The position numbers and the translations under genes are program-made. A stretch of 24,000 bases of DNA. It comes from Ardenticatenales bacterium. Its GTDB lineage: Bacteria > Chloroflexota > Anaerolineae > Ardenticatenales > Ardenticatenaceae. The stretch spans positions 76,376-100,375 of the forward strand of contig JACKAZ010000006.1 in assembly GCA_020634795.1 (NCBI GenBank). The letters run 5' to 3'. The notes under the pieces were generated by a model. That model made no database searches. It was not told the DNA's origin and was given only the letters and a program-made list of their open reading frames with translations. Position 1 is the stretch's first letter, and the number at the start of each line of letters is the position of its first letter. This document shows positions 15,133-22,773 of this stretch, piece by piece.

Positions 15133-18100
15133 ATGTCCGAGTTCACGCCCGCCAAGTCCACCGCGCTAAACGGCAAGGCCGCTGCCAACGAGCCAAGCCA
15201 CGACAAGAATTATCTCTCGCCCCTCGGCGAGAAAATCTTCCTCGACCGTTATGCTTGGAAAGATGGCAGCAAGCAATCGCTGACCGAGGGCGACACGGTG
15301 ATCGTCTGTGTGGACGATGACAGCCGCCAACGGGAAGTCGCCACCGTGCAAGCGCTCTTCCGCGACGAGGGCTATGCCACCGTGAGGCTGCGCGACGGCA
15401 ACATGCGCGATGTGGCGATCGAACATATCGACAAGCCGATGGAGACGACCCCCGAACAGACGATGGCCCGTGTGGCACGGGGCATCGCCGAGATCGAGAG
15501 GCCCGAACAACGAGCGCTCTGGGAAGAACGCTTCCGCTGGCTGCTGGAGGGGTGGAAGTTCGTCCCCGGCGGTCGCACGTGGGCGGCGGCGGGCACCGAC
15601 CAGAATCTGACCTTCTACAACTGCTACGTCATCCCCTCCCCCCACGACTCGCGGGGCGGCATCGTGGAAACGCTGCAGCAGATGATGGAGATCATGTCGC
15701 GCGGCGGGGGCGTGGGCATCAACGTTTCGTCGCTGCGCCCACGCTACAGTTATGTCAAGGGTGTCAATGGCCGGTCGAGCGGCGCGGTTTCGTGGGGCGG
15801 TCTCTACAGCTTCGTGACGGGACTGATCGAACAAGGGGGGAGTCGGCGTGGCGCACTGATGTTAATCTGCAACGATTGGCATCCCGATCTGCTGGAATTC
15901 ATTCACTCCAAGCGAGAGATGGGCAAGATCACCAATGCCAACATCTCGGTGGGGCTGAGCGACGCCTTCATGGCGGCGGTGCGCAACGACGAGGAGTGGA
16001 CGCTGCGCTTCCCCGATACCTCGCATCCCGCCTACGACAGCGAGTGGGATGGCAACATGGAGGCGTGGGAGGCCGCGGGCCGGCCCGTCAATCTCTACAA
16101 GACGGTGCAAGCGCGCGAGGTCTGGCACCAGATCATCGAAAGCGCATGGGCCAGCGCCGAGCCGGGCCTCTGGTTCCGCGAACGGGCCAACGTGATGTCA
16201 AACAGCCACTATTTCAACCCACTGGTATGTACGAACCCTTGTGTAACCGGCGACACGTTACTTTACACGGCTGAGGGGCTCATAAGTGCTGAAGAGCTTT
16301 ACCAACGCGGTAACTTAGTGCAGGCCGTTATCGATAGTCGCTTCGGTCATTCGGAATCCGTTGTCCAAGCTTCTCATGTCTTCCGAACGGGCCGGAAAGA
16401 AGTCTTCAAGCTGCAAACGCGTGAAGGGTATTCTCTGCGGGCAACGGCTGATCACCGCATCATGACGGCACGTGGTTGGGTCGAAATGGGATCTCTCGAA
16501 GTCGATGACGAAATTCACATCTTGAACCAACGCGGTGGATTTGGCCAAGAAGGTACCGAATCCTTAGGACGCATATTGGGCTGGCTGGTCGGCGATGGCA
16601 CGGTCAAACAAGACAAAGCGGTTCTTTCCTTCTTCGGTGAGGAAAAGCAGGAGTTAGCACCCATTTTCGCTGAACAAGTCGAGGCGCTAGTTACGCCTCT
16701 TACTGCTACTAACCGAGAGTATTCCGTATCCGTCGTAGATGTCCAAGGGCGAGACGAAGCGCGAGTTGCCTCCTCCCGCTTGCTCTCGATCGCGGACGAC
16801 TACGGGCTTGTTGAAGAAAAGCATAGGGTTCCACCTAAGTTGCTCGTGAGTAATGAGGCGATGCAACGCGGCTTCCTTCAAGCACTATTCACGGCAGATG
16901 GGAGCTTCCAAAATGGCGGACCAAAAGGCGGCAGCATCCGCCTTGCCTCAAGTTACCTTTCCTTAATTGAGGAGGTACAGCGTCTGCTCCTTAACTTCGG
17001 AATTGCGAGCCGCATCTACACTGATCGCCGAGAGGCGGGCTATCGAGAGATGCCCGATGGAATGGGTGGATTGAAATCCTATTCGTGTCGCGCTCAACAC
17101 GAACTCGTGATCACAAAGCGAAATATGGTGACCTTTGCGGAACAAATCGGCTTCTTGATGGCCCATAAGCAAAAGGCACTGCAAGATTATGTTTCGCGCG
17201 GCAGACGAGGCCCGTACCAAGAGCGATTCACCGCACGAGTGGCGAGTGTTGAAGCTGATGGAGTGGAGGATGTCTACGACATTACCGAGCCGCTTACCCA
17301 CTCGTTCATTGGAAATGGAATCGTCTTACACAATTGCGGCGAACAGCCATTACCAGCGTGGGGCGTCTGCAACCTTGGCGCGATCAACCTGTCGCGCTTC
17401 GTGGAAGAGGGCGAGGTGGCATGGGAGACCCTCGGTAAAACGGTGCGCTACGCCGTCCGCTTCCTTGACAATGTCATTGACGCGACGCCGTATTTCTTCG
17501 AGGAAAACGAAGCGCAGCAAGGCCAAGAGCGGCGGGTGGGATTGGGCGTGATGGGCCTTGCCGAAATGCTGATCCGTTTGGAGCTGCGTTATGGCAGCGA
17601 GGCGGGCAACCGGTTCAGCGAGGAGCTGTTCAAGTTCATCGCCCACGAAGCCTATCTCGCATCGAGCGAGCTGGCCGCCGAAAAGGGCAGCTTCAGCGCC
17701 TTCCAGGCCGAGCCCTTCTTGCAGAGCGGTTTCATGGAAAAGATGTCGAGCGAAGTACGCGAAGCGGTCCGCGAGAACGGGATCCGCAACGTGACGCTGC
17801 TCACCGTCGCCCCCACCGGCACCACCGGCACGATGGTCGGCACGTCCACGGGGATCGAGCCGTACTACTTCTGGAGCTATTTCCGCAAGAGCCGGCTGGG
17901 GATGCACGAAGAGAAGGTCGATGTGGTGGCCGAGTGGCAGGCCGCGAACCCCGACCAGCCGCTGCCCGACTACTTTGTGACAGCGATGGATCTGTCGCCG
18001 GAGGAGCACGTACGGGCACAGGCCGCCGTGCAGGAATGGGTCGATAGCAGCATCTCGAAGACGGCCAACGTCCCGAACGAATACACCGTCGAGCAGTTGG

Positions 18101-18792
18101 CCGAGCTGTACGAGCTGATGTACGACCTCGGTTGCAAGGGCGGCACCGTCTATCGCGATGGCTCGCGGGACGAGCAGGTGCTGTCGGTGGCGAAAGAGGG
18201 CGAGGCGGTGGAAGAAGCGCTGGCCGCCCCCTTCGATCTCAGCCCCAACTACACCAGCCGCGGCGAGCACAAGCAGGCGCGGCCCCGCCGCCTTGCGGGG
18301 GCGACCTACTTCATCCAGACGCCGATCGGCAAGGCCTACGTCACTGTCAACCGCGACGCCAAGACCGAGCAGCCGTTCGAGGTCTTCGCCAACGTGGGCA
18401 AGGTCGGTTCCGAGGGCGCGGCGATGAGCGAGGCGTTGGGCCGGCTGATCTCGTTGGTGCTGCGAATTCCAAGCAACATCAGCCCCAACGAACGGCTGGA
18501 CATGGTGATCAGCGAGTTGGAGGGGATCGGTGGCTCGCGCAGCATCGGCTTCGGCCCGAACCGCGTCACCAGTCTGCCGGACGCACTCTCGCGCGTCTTG
18601 CGGGAGGATTTGGAAGCCGGACGTGACATCGAGGCCAGCTATCTGCTGGGTGAGGCCGAGCCGCCCGCCCAACAGCTCGACCTGCTTTCGACCACGATGA
18701 AAGCCGACCTCTGCCCCGAATGTGGTCACGCCTCCTTCGTGCGGGTCGAGGGCTGCCAGAAGTGCTATTCGTGCGGGCATAGTGAGTGTTGA
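15133..18792 (+). CDS. nrdJ: adenosylcobalamin-dependent (class II) ribonucleotide reductase NrdJ, intein-containing precursor
   Basis: GAAGGAG (15118-15124) lies 8 nt before ATG 15133. RNR motifs are present: NCYV, GGGVGINVSSLRPR, the finger loop TNP/CGEQPLP and TVAPTGTTG. The C-terminal Cys-rich tail CPECGH...GCQKCYSCGHSEC is typical of many class II RNRs. About 854 aa remain after removing the 365-aa insertion. Confidence 0.95.
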   Translation: MSEFTPAKSTALNGKAAANEPSHDKNYLSPLGEKIFLDRYAWKDGSKQSLTEGDTVIVCVDDDSRQREVATVQALFRDEGYATVRLRDGNMRDVAIEHIDKPMETTPEQTMARVARGIAEIERPEQRALWEERFRWLLEGWKFVPGGRTWAAAGTDQNLTFYNCYVIPSPHDSRGGIVETLQQMMEIMSRGGGVGINVSSLRPRYSYVKGVNGRSSGAVSWGGLYSFVTGLIEQGGSRRGALMLICNDWHPDLLEFIHSKREMGKITNANISVGLSDAFMAAVRNDEEWTLRFPDTSHPAYDSEWDGNMEAWEAAGRPVNLYKTVQAREVWHQIIESAWASAEPGLWFRERANVMSNSHYFNPLVCTNPCVTGDTLLYTAEGLISAEELYQRGNLVQAVIDSRFGHSESVVQASHVFRTGRKEVFKLQTREGYSLRATADHRIMTARGWVEMGSLEVDDEIHILNQRGGFGQEGTESLGRILGWLVGDGTVKQDKAVLSFFGEEKQELAPIFAEQVEALVTPLTATNREYSVSVVDVQGRDEARVASSRLLSIADDYGLVEEKHRVPPKLLVSNEAMQRGFLQALFTADGSFQNGGPKGGSIRLASSYLSLIEEVQRLLLNFGIASRIYTDRREAGYREMPDGMGGLKSYSCRAQHELVITKRNMVTFAEQIGFLMAHKQKALQDYVSRGRRGPYQERFTARVASVEADGVEDVYDITEPLTHSFIGNGIVLHNCGEQPLPAWGVCNLGAINLSRFVEEGEVAWETLGKTVRYAVRFLDNVIDATPYFFEENEAQQGQERRVGLGVMGLAEMLIRLELRYGSEAGNRFSEELFKFIAHEAYLASSELAAEKGSFSAFQAEPFLQSGFMEKMSSEVREAVRENGIRNVTLLTVAPTGTTGTMVGTSTGIEPYYFWSYFRKSRLGMHEEKVDVVAEWQAANPDQPLPDYFVTAMDLSPEEHVRAQAAVQEWVDSSISKTANVPNEYTVEQLAELYELMYDLGCKGGTVYRDGSRDEQVLSVAKEGEAVEEALAAPFDLSPNYTSRGEHKQARPRRLAGATYFIQTPIGKAYVTVNRDAKTEQPFEVFANVGKVGSEGAAMSEALGRLISLVLRIPSNISPNERLDMVISELEGIGGSRSIGFGPNRVTSLPDALSRVLREDLEAGRDIEASYLLGEAEPPAQQLDLLSTTMKADLCPECGHASFVRVEGCQKCYSCGHSEC
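16240..17334 (+). mobile_element. 365-aa intein with a LAGLIDADG homing-endonuclease domain, inserted in nrdJ
   Basis: It starts CVTGDTLL (block A) right after TNP. It has LRATADHRIMT (block B TxxH), LGWLVGDGTV and FLQALFTADGSF (LAGLIDADG motifs), and VYDITEPLTHSFIGNGIVLHN (blocks F/G), followed by Cys+1 of CGEQPLP. It is in frame (1095 nt). Confidence 0.93.
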
Positions 18793-18793
18793 A

Positions 18794-18821
18794 GGTACAT
18801 GGTGCATGGTGCATGGTGCAT
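18794..18821. repeat. tandem heptamer (GGTRCAT) x4, 2 nt after the nrdJ stop
   Basis: GGTACAT GGTGCAT GGTGCAT GGTGCAT. Further GTGCAT copies lie at 18846-18851 and 18857-18862. A short hairpin CCGCGTTG-cgt-CAACGCGG follows at 18825-18843. Confidence 0.92.
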
Positions 18822-18897
18822 GGGCCGCGTTGCGTCAACGCGGAACGTGCATCGGCGTGCATGGGTCATACCGACTGAGTAGGCCCAGCGAACAAGA

Positions 18898-18941
18898 AAG
18901 AGCGCCGCGTCCGATGAGGGAGGTGGCGCTCTTGGTTTTGG
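18898..18941 (+). terminator. candidate intrinsic terminator of nrdJ
   Basis: AAGAGCGCC (18898-18906) pairs with GGCGCTCTT (18925-18933) and is followed by GGTTTTGG. The loop is long (18 nt), so this is only moderately convincing. Confidence 0.45.
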
Positions 18942-18978
18942 ATTGGCATCAGTGACTTGCTCGATTGTGGCAGCCGGA

Positions 18979-19157
18979 TCAGCAGGGGAATAAATTCCCC
19001 GCTGGGAGGCCGGGGGCCACGCATCTGCCTTCGCAGACGCTTACCTGCCCTCTCAAGGTCAATGCATTTCAGCAGGGGAATTAATTCCCCGCTGGGAGGC
19101 CGGGGCCACGCGTCTGCCTTCGCAGACGCTTACCTGCCCTCTCAAGGTCAATGCATT
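18979..19157. repeat. two tandem copies (90 and 89 bp) of a double-hairpin element between the convergent nrdJ and DM13 genes
   Basis: Copy 1 is 18979-19068 and copy 2 is 19069-19157. They differ at 3 positions. Each copy carries CAGCAGGGGAAT(A/T)AATTCCCCGCTG and GC(A/G)TCTGC-CTTC-GCAGACGC. In copy 2, GGGGAATTAATTCCCC (19075-19090) is a perfect 16-bp palindrome. Confidence 0.95.
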
Positions 19158-19190
19158 GTTGGTCAGACTGTACTGAGTGCTAACTACTCG

Positions 19191-19871
19191 CTACTCCCCC
19201 AGCGGCGCGATGCCGAAGTTGTGGTCGAAATCCTTGCACCAGACGACGGCGGTCCAATCGCTGCTCAGGTCGAGGTCGGGCGGAATGGTGTAGTTCTGGT
19301 CGCCGACGTTGCCCTTCAGCACGCCAAGGTTGACGTAGCCAGCGTTGTCCGCTTCGGAGAGGACATCGGCTTTGGGCACGAGGATCACATAGAGATCGGG
19401 GCCGGGCGTCACCTCGAACTGCTCGAAGCGGAGGATGCGCGAGCCATCTTCGAGTTGGATCGCCGCAGCGGTTCCGGTGGCACTCACCGTGTTGTCGGCC
19501 GCGCGGAAGGCACCGCTTTTCAACGTGGTCGGACCGGCGGGGGTGGCCGTGGGTTCGGCGGTGGGTTCGGCGGTGGCTTCGGCGGTGGCTTCGGCGGTGG
19601 CTTCGGCGGTGGCTTGCATCGCCGCCTCGTCGTCGGCCATCGCCTCATCCTCGCTCATTTCGTCGCTCATTTCCTCGTCGTCCGTCATCGCTTCGTCGTC
19701 GGCCATTTCATCGTCGGCCATTGCCTCTTCGGCGGTGGGCGATGATTCGATCTGGGCGGCGGGGGCGCTGGTGGGCAAGGCTTCATCAACCACCACATCC
19801 TGCGTCCCACAAGCGGCCAGTACCATCATCACCAAGAGCAACAGGCTCGTCAGTAAAAATCGGTTTGTCAT
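19191..19871 (-). CDS. secreted lipoprotein with a C-terminal DM13 domain and an acidic Met-rich / TAEA-repeat linker
   Basis: Signal peptide with lipobox (MTNRFLLTSLLLLVMMVLAAC). The C-terminal 110 aa match the DM13 pattern (G.F....H/T..G.A....DGSRILRFE.FEV..GPDLYV.L ... G.L.G..G.Q.Y.IP...D......VVWC..F...FG.A.L). The ATG at 19871 has GGAG 7 nt upstream. The in-frame ATG at 19883 is the alternative start. Confidence 0.8.
   Translation of the reverse strand: MTNRFLLTSLLLLVMMVLAACGTQDVVVDEALPTSAPAAQIESSPTAEEAMADDEMADDEAMTDDEEMSDEMSEDEAMADDEAAMQATAEATAEATAEATAEPTAEPTATPAGPTTLKSGAFRAADNTVSATGTAAAIQLEDGSRILRFEQFEVTPGPDLYVILVPKADVLSEADNAGYVNLGVLKGNVGDQNYTIPPDLDLSSDWTAVVWCKDFDHNFGIAPLGE
19549..19612 (-). 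repeat. in-frame tandem 12-mer (GTGGSTTCGGCG, about 5.3 units) encoding (TAEA/TAEP)n in the DM13 lipoprotein
   Basis: Read directly. It translates on the minus strand to ATAEATAEATAEATAEPTAEPTA. Confidence 0.9.
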
Positions 19872-20010
19872 GATTGTCTCCATCGGTCAGTTTCGTGATT
19901 AAGCTGCCCCAGTGTCGGCCAACTCTCTTACAAAGGGCTAACAATCCCCTTAATAAAGGATTACCGGATTTGACGCGGGGTCAAATATGAGGGAAGATTG
20001 GATGGAGCGG

Positions 20011-20066
20011 TGGAACGTTGGAACGCAGGAAACGGAAAGCGTTCTGAACGTTGGAACGGTTCGAAC
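20011..20066. repeat. degenerate 8-mer array with a GGAACG core, able to fold into a long hairpin
   Basis: TGGAACGT TGGAACGC AGGAAACG GAAAGCGT TCTGAACG TTGGAACG GTTCGAAC. 20014-20026 can pair with 20039-20052 (about 13 bp, one bulge, one G-U pair). Confidence 0.8.
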
Positions 20067-20253
20067 CACTTGAGCAACCCAATCAGCCGAAAAACTCATT
20101 ACCCTCGCCAAAGTCCTGAACTCATAAACGCCACTACTCCGGCTAGGACAGGTTCAGCCAGCCAACACCTTAACTTTCAACCCCTGTACAGACGCGCCAA
20201 TGGCGCATCTTTCAGCCACAAACCTCAACTACGCACTCCAGAAGGAGCCACCC

Positions 20254-22518
20254 GTGAGCGAGAACGATCAAGCCGTCAACGCCAGCCCTCCCGTCAGCGG
20301 CCATGGGGTCTCGACGTTACAAGCCCAGATCGACGCGCAAGAAGCAACGAAGTCGAACAAGCTGGGCACCTTCGGCGGCGTGTTCACGCCGACGCTCCTG
20401 ACCATCCTCGGCGTGATTATGTACCTGCGGGAAGGGTCGGTGGTGGGGAATGCAGGCCTGTTGGGGACATGGATCATCATCGCCCTCGCCTTTGTCATTA
20501 CAGGGACGACGGCCCTGTCGATGTCGTCGATCACGACCAACATTCGGGTGGGCGCGGGGGGTGCCTTCTCTATGATCTCCCAGTCGTTGGGGCTGGAAGT
20601 GGGGGGCAGCATCGGCGTACCGCTCTATTTGGCGCAGGCGCTGGCGGTCTCGATGTACATCTTCGGTTTCCGTGAAGGGTGGAATTACATCTTCCCGGGC
20701 CATCCCCCGCTCTTGGTGGATCTGCTGACCTTTGCCTTGGTTGCGGGCATCGCGCTTGTCAGCGCCAACTTCGCTTTTCGAGTGCAATATGTGATCTTGG
20801 TGGTGATTGCGGTCTCGCTCGTCTCGATCTTGGGTAGCATATTCACGGGCGCGATGGTCAACGAACCCACCTTGTGGGGCAGCTATCAAGGTTTTCCGGA
20901 AAACGGCTTCCGAGGCACCAGCTTCGCGCTGGTTTTCGCGCTCTTCTTCCCCGCAGCCACCGGCATTCTGGCGGGGGCCAACATGTCGGGCGATTTGGCC
21001 AACCCGCGCCGCAGTATCCCGCGCGGAACGCTCAGCGCGATCGCGCTCAGCTTCGTGATCTATGTCTCGTTGGCTTACTGGCTGTCGCGCGTGGCGACGC
21101 CCCAAGAGCTGTTGGAAAACTACAACGTGATGATCGACAAGGCGCTCTGGTCGCCCGCCGTGGTGCTGGGATTGCTGGGGGCCACCTTCTCGTCGGGCTT
21201 GGCCTCCTTTGTCGGCGCGCCCCGCATTTTGCAGGCGCTGGGCTCTCACGACATCTTGCCGGGCAGCGAGTGGCTGAGACAAGTTTCTGACAAGGGCGAG
21301 CCGCGCAACGCCCTTTACCTGACCTCGGCGCTGGTGCTTGGCGCGCTGATGCTGCGTGACCTCAACGCGATCGCGCCGCTGCTGACGATGTTCTTCATGA
21401 TCACCTACGCCATGATCAACGTGGTGGTGCTGCTGGAACAGAGCCTAGGCCTCGTCAGTTTCCGCCCGACGATGCACTTTCCGATCATCGTTCCGCTGAT
21501 CGGTACGATCGGTTGTTTCGTGGCGATGTTTGTCATCAATCCAGTCTTTAGTCTCATTGCGCTCGTATTGGTAGTCGGCATCTATGTCTATCTGCTTGGC
21601 CGTCACCTGCGTGCGCCCTTCGGCGACATGCGAAGCGGTCTCTTCAATTCGGTCGCGGAATGGGCGTCAAAGCGGGTGGCGGATATGCCGACGTCGCGCG
21701 AGCGGACGTGGAAACCCGATTTCTTGGTGCCGGTCAAGAACCCGCGCAACGCCCGCGGCACCTTCCGCCTGATCCACGACCTGACCTACCCCAAAGGCTC
21801 GGTTAAACTGCTGGGCATGCGGAGCGATGCCGAAGTGGCGACGCTGAACGACGACTTGGCGACGCTCACCGCCGCTTTCCGCGAGGAAGATGTCTTCGGG
21901 TCACACGCGGTGATCGACGAGGGGGAATTCGGCCCCGGCATGTTGGCCACGATGCAGGCGCTGGGCGGCTCGTTCCGGCCCAACGTGCTCTTTTTGAACG
22001 ACGACCTGTTGGAAGACCAAGGCGAACGGCACAACCTCGACCAGTTGGTCTACAAGGCGCGGGACTACCAGATCGGCGTGGTGGTGATGGCCGATCACCC
22101 CAAGGCGCATTTGGGTCGAAAACGGACGGTCAACATCTGGCTGCACGACCAAGGGCCGGCGTGGGAGTTGAGCATGCGGCTCGGCAACATGGATTTGGCG
22201 CTGCTACTCGGCTACAAGCTACTGCGCAACTGGAAGGGGCGAATGCGGGTCATCACCGCGATCCGTGATGGCGACGACGAGGAAAAGGCCAAGCAGTTCC
22301 TGAACAATCTGGTCGAAGCGGGTCGCTTCCGCAACGCCGAAACGGTGGTCCTCACGCAGCCGTTCGAGGAGGCCGTGAAAGCCGCCCCCCACGCCGACCT
22401 CAACATCTTCGGCCAACCCCAAGTGCTGGACACCGCCTTCATCCGCCGCATGGTCGATCTGTCGGAATCGGCCTGCCTCTTCGTCCGCGACTCCGGCACC
22501 GAAAACGCGCTCGCTTGA
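20254..22518 (+). CDS. cation:chloride cotransporter homolog (SLC12/CCC family, APC superfamily) with a large C-terminal cytoplasmic domain
   Basis: N-terminal signature KLGTFGGVFTPTLLTILGVIMYLREGSVVGNAGL typical of SLC12 proteins, about 12 TM segments, and a C-terminal soluble domain of about 270 aa. GTG 20254 has GAAGGAG (20241-20247) 6 nt upstream. The in-frame ATG 20200 is the alternative start. Confidence 0.85.
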   Translation: MSENDQAVNASPPVSGHGVSTLQAQIDAQEATKSNKLGTFGGVFTPTLLTILGVIMYLREGSVVGNAGLLGTWIIIALAFVITGTTALSMSSITTNIRVGAGGAFSMISQSLGLEVGGSIGVPLYLAQALAVSMYIFGFREGWNYIFPGHPPLLVDLLTFALVAGIALVSANFAFRVQYVILVVIAVSLVSILGSIFTGAMVNEPTLWGSYQGFPENGFRGTSFALVFALFFPAATGILAGANMSGDLANPRRSIPRGTLSAIALSFVIYVSLAYWLSRVATPQELLENYNVMIDKALWSPAVVLGLLGATFSSGLASFVGAPRILQALGSHDILPGSEWLRQVSDKGEPRNALYLTSALVLGALMLRDLNAIAPLLTMFFMITYAMINVVVLLEQSLGLVSFRPTMHFPIIVPLIGTIGCFVAMFVINPVFSLIALVLVVGIYVYLLGRHLRAPFGDMRSGLFNSVAEWASKRVADMPTSRERTWKPDFLVPVKNPRNARGTFRLIHDLTYPKGSVKLLGMRSDAEVATLNDDLATLTAAFREEDVFGSHAVIDEGEFGPGMLATMQALGGSFRPNVLFLNDDLLEDQGERHNLDQLVYKARDYQIGVVVMADHPKAHLGRKRTVNIWLHDQGPAWELSMRLGNMDLALLLGYKLLRNWKGRMRVITAIRDGDDEEKAKQFLNNLVEAGRFRNAETVVLTQPFEEAVKAAPHADLNIFGQPQVLDTAFIRRMVDLSESACLFVRDSGTENALA

Positions 22519-22548
22519 GCGTTCGAGCGTTCGAGCGTTCGAGCGAAA
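22517..22548. repeat. tandem 8-mer (GAGCGTTC) x3.5, overlapping the transporter stop codon
   Basis: GAGCGTTC GAGCGTTC GAGCGTTC GAGCGAAA, followed by GGAAC GGAAC. The unit is the reverse complement of a GAACGCTC-type unit related to the upstream GGAACG array. Confidence 0.9.
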
Positions 22549-22563
22549 GAGGAACGGAACGGC

Positions 22564-22599
22564 AACGCAGAGCATTTAACGCAGAACGCAGGGCAAACG
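22564..22599. repeat. second AACGCAG heptamer cluster (AACGCAGAGCATTTAACGCAGAACGCAGGGCAAACG)
   Basis: TAACGCAGAACGCAGGGCA at 22577-22595 is 18/19 identical to 6215-6233. Confidence 0.85.
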
Positions 22600-22700
22600 A
22601 CCGACAACTTTGAACGAGTAACACCTATCCCACAGAGCGGGATTCTATTTGGGTGTGTTTCAAACGAGTTATCGCTGGCGATCTGTGTTACCTCATCGCT

Positions 22701-22728
22701 AGATAGAGATAGAGATGGAGATAGAGAG
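22701..22728. repeat. tandem hexamer (AGATRG) x4.5
   Basis: AGATAG AGATAG AGATGG AGATAG AGAG. Confidence 0.85.
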
Positions 22729-22773
22729 TGACATAGTTCTGGCTTTGTAATTTCCAAGGCAAGACAAAGTGTC

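Noticed and set aside
17350-18807. 485-aa minus-strand ORF antisense to the C-terminal extein of nrdJ
   Set aside because: It is antisense to a strongly supported RNR sequence. Its composition is typical of a GC-rich antisense frame.
13404-19157. Possible CRISPR arrays (the 9-mer arrays and the 90-bp tandem element)
   Set aside because: The repeats are directly adjacent with no unique spacers. Unit sizes of 9 bp and 90 bp do not fit CRISPR repeat/spacer geometry, and no cas genes are nearby.
18957-19745. 262-aa + strand ORF with a GGGFGGGF repeat
   Set aside because: It runs through the 90-bp repeats and then antisense to the DM13 gene. The glycine repeat is the antisense reading of the TAEA 12-mer repeat.
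19935-20090. c-di-AMP (ydaO-type) riboswitch upstream of the cation:chloride transporter
   Set aside because: It is attractive biologically, and there are loose matches (GCGGGGTC, AGGGAAG, CGAACC..AGCAACC in the right order). However, the GCGGGG sits in the loop of a TTTGAC/GTCAAA hairpin, the GGGGTGAATC-type element is missing, and I could not build the P1 helix. It is not callable by eye; an Infernal scan with RF00379 would settle it.
19998-20675. 225-aa + strand ORF (ERWNAGNGKRSERWNGSN...) overlapping the transporter start
   Set aside because: It is TTG-initiated, translates the GGAACG 8-mer array, and is out of frame with the strongly supported SLC12-like gene.
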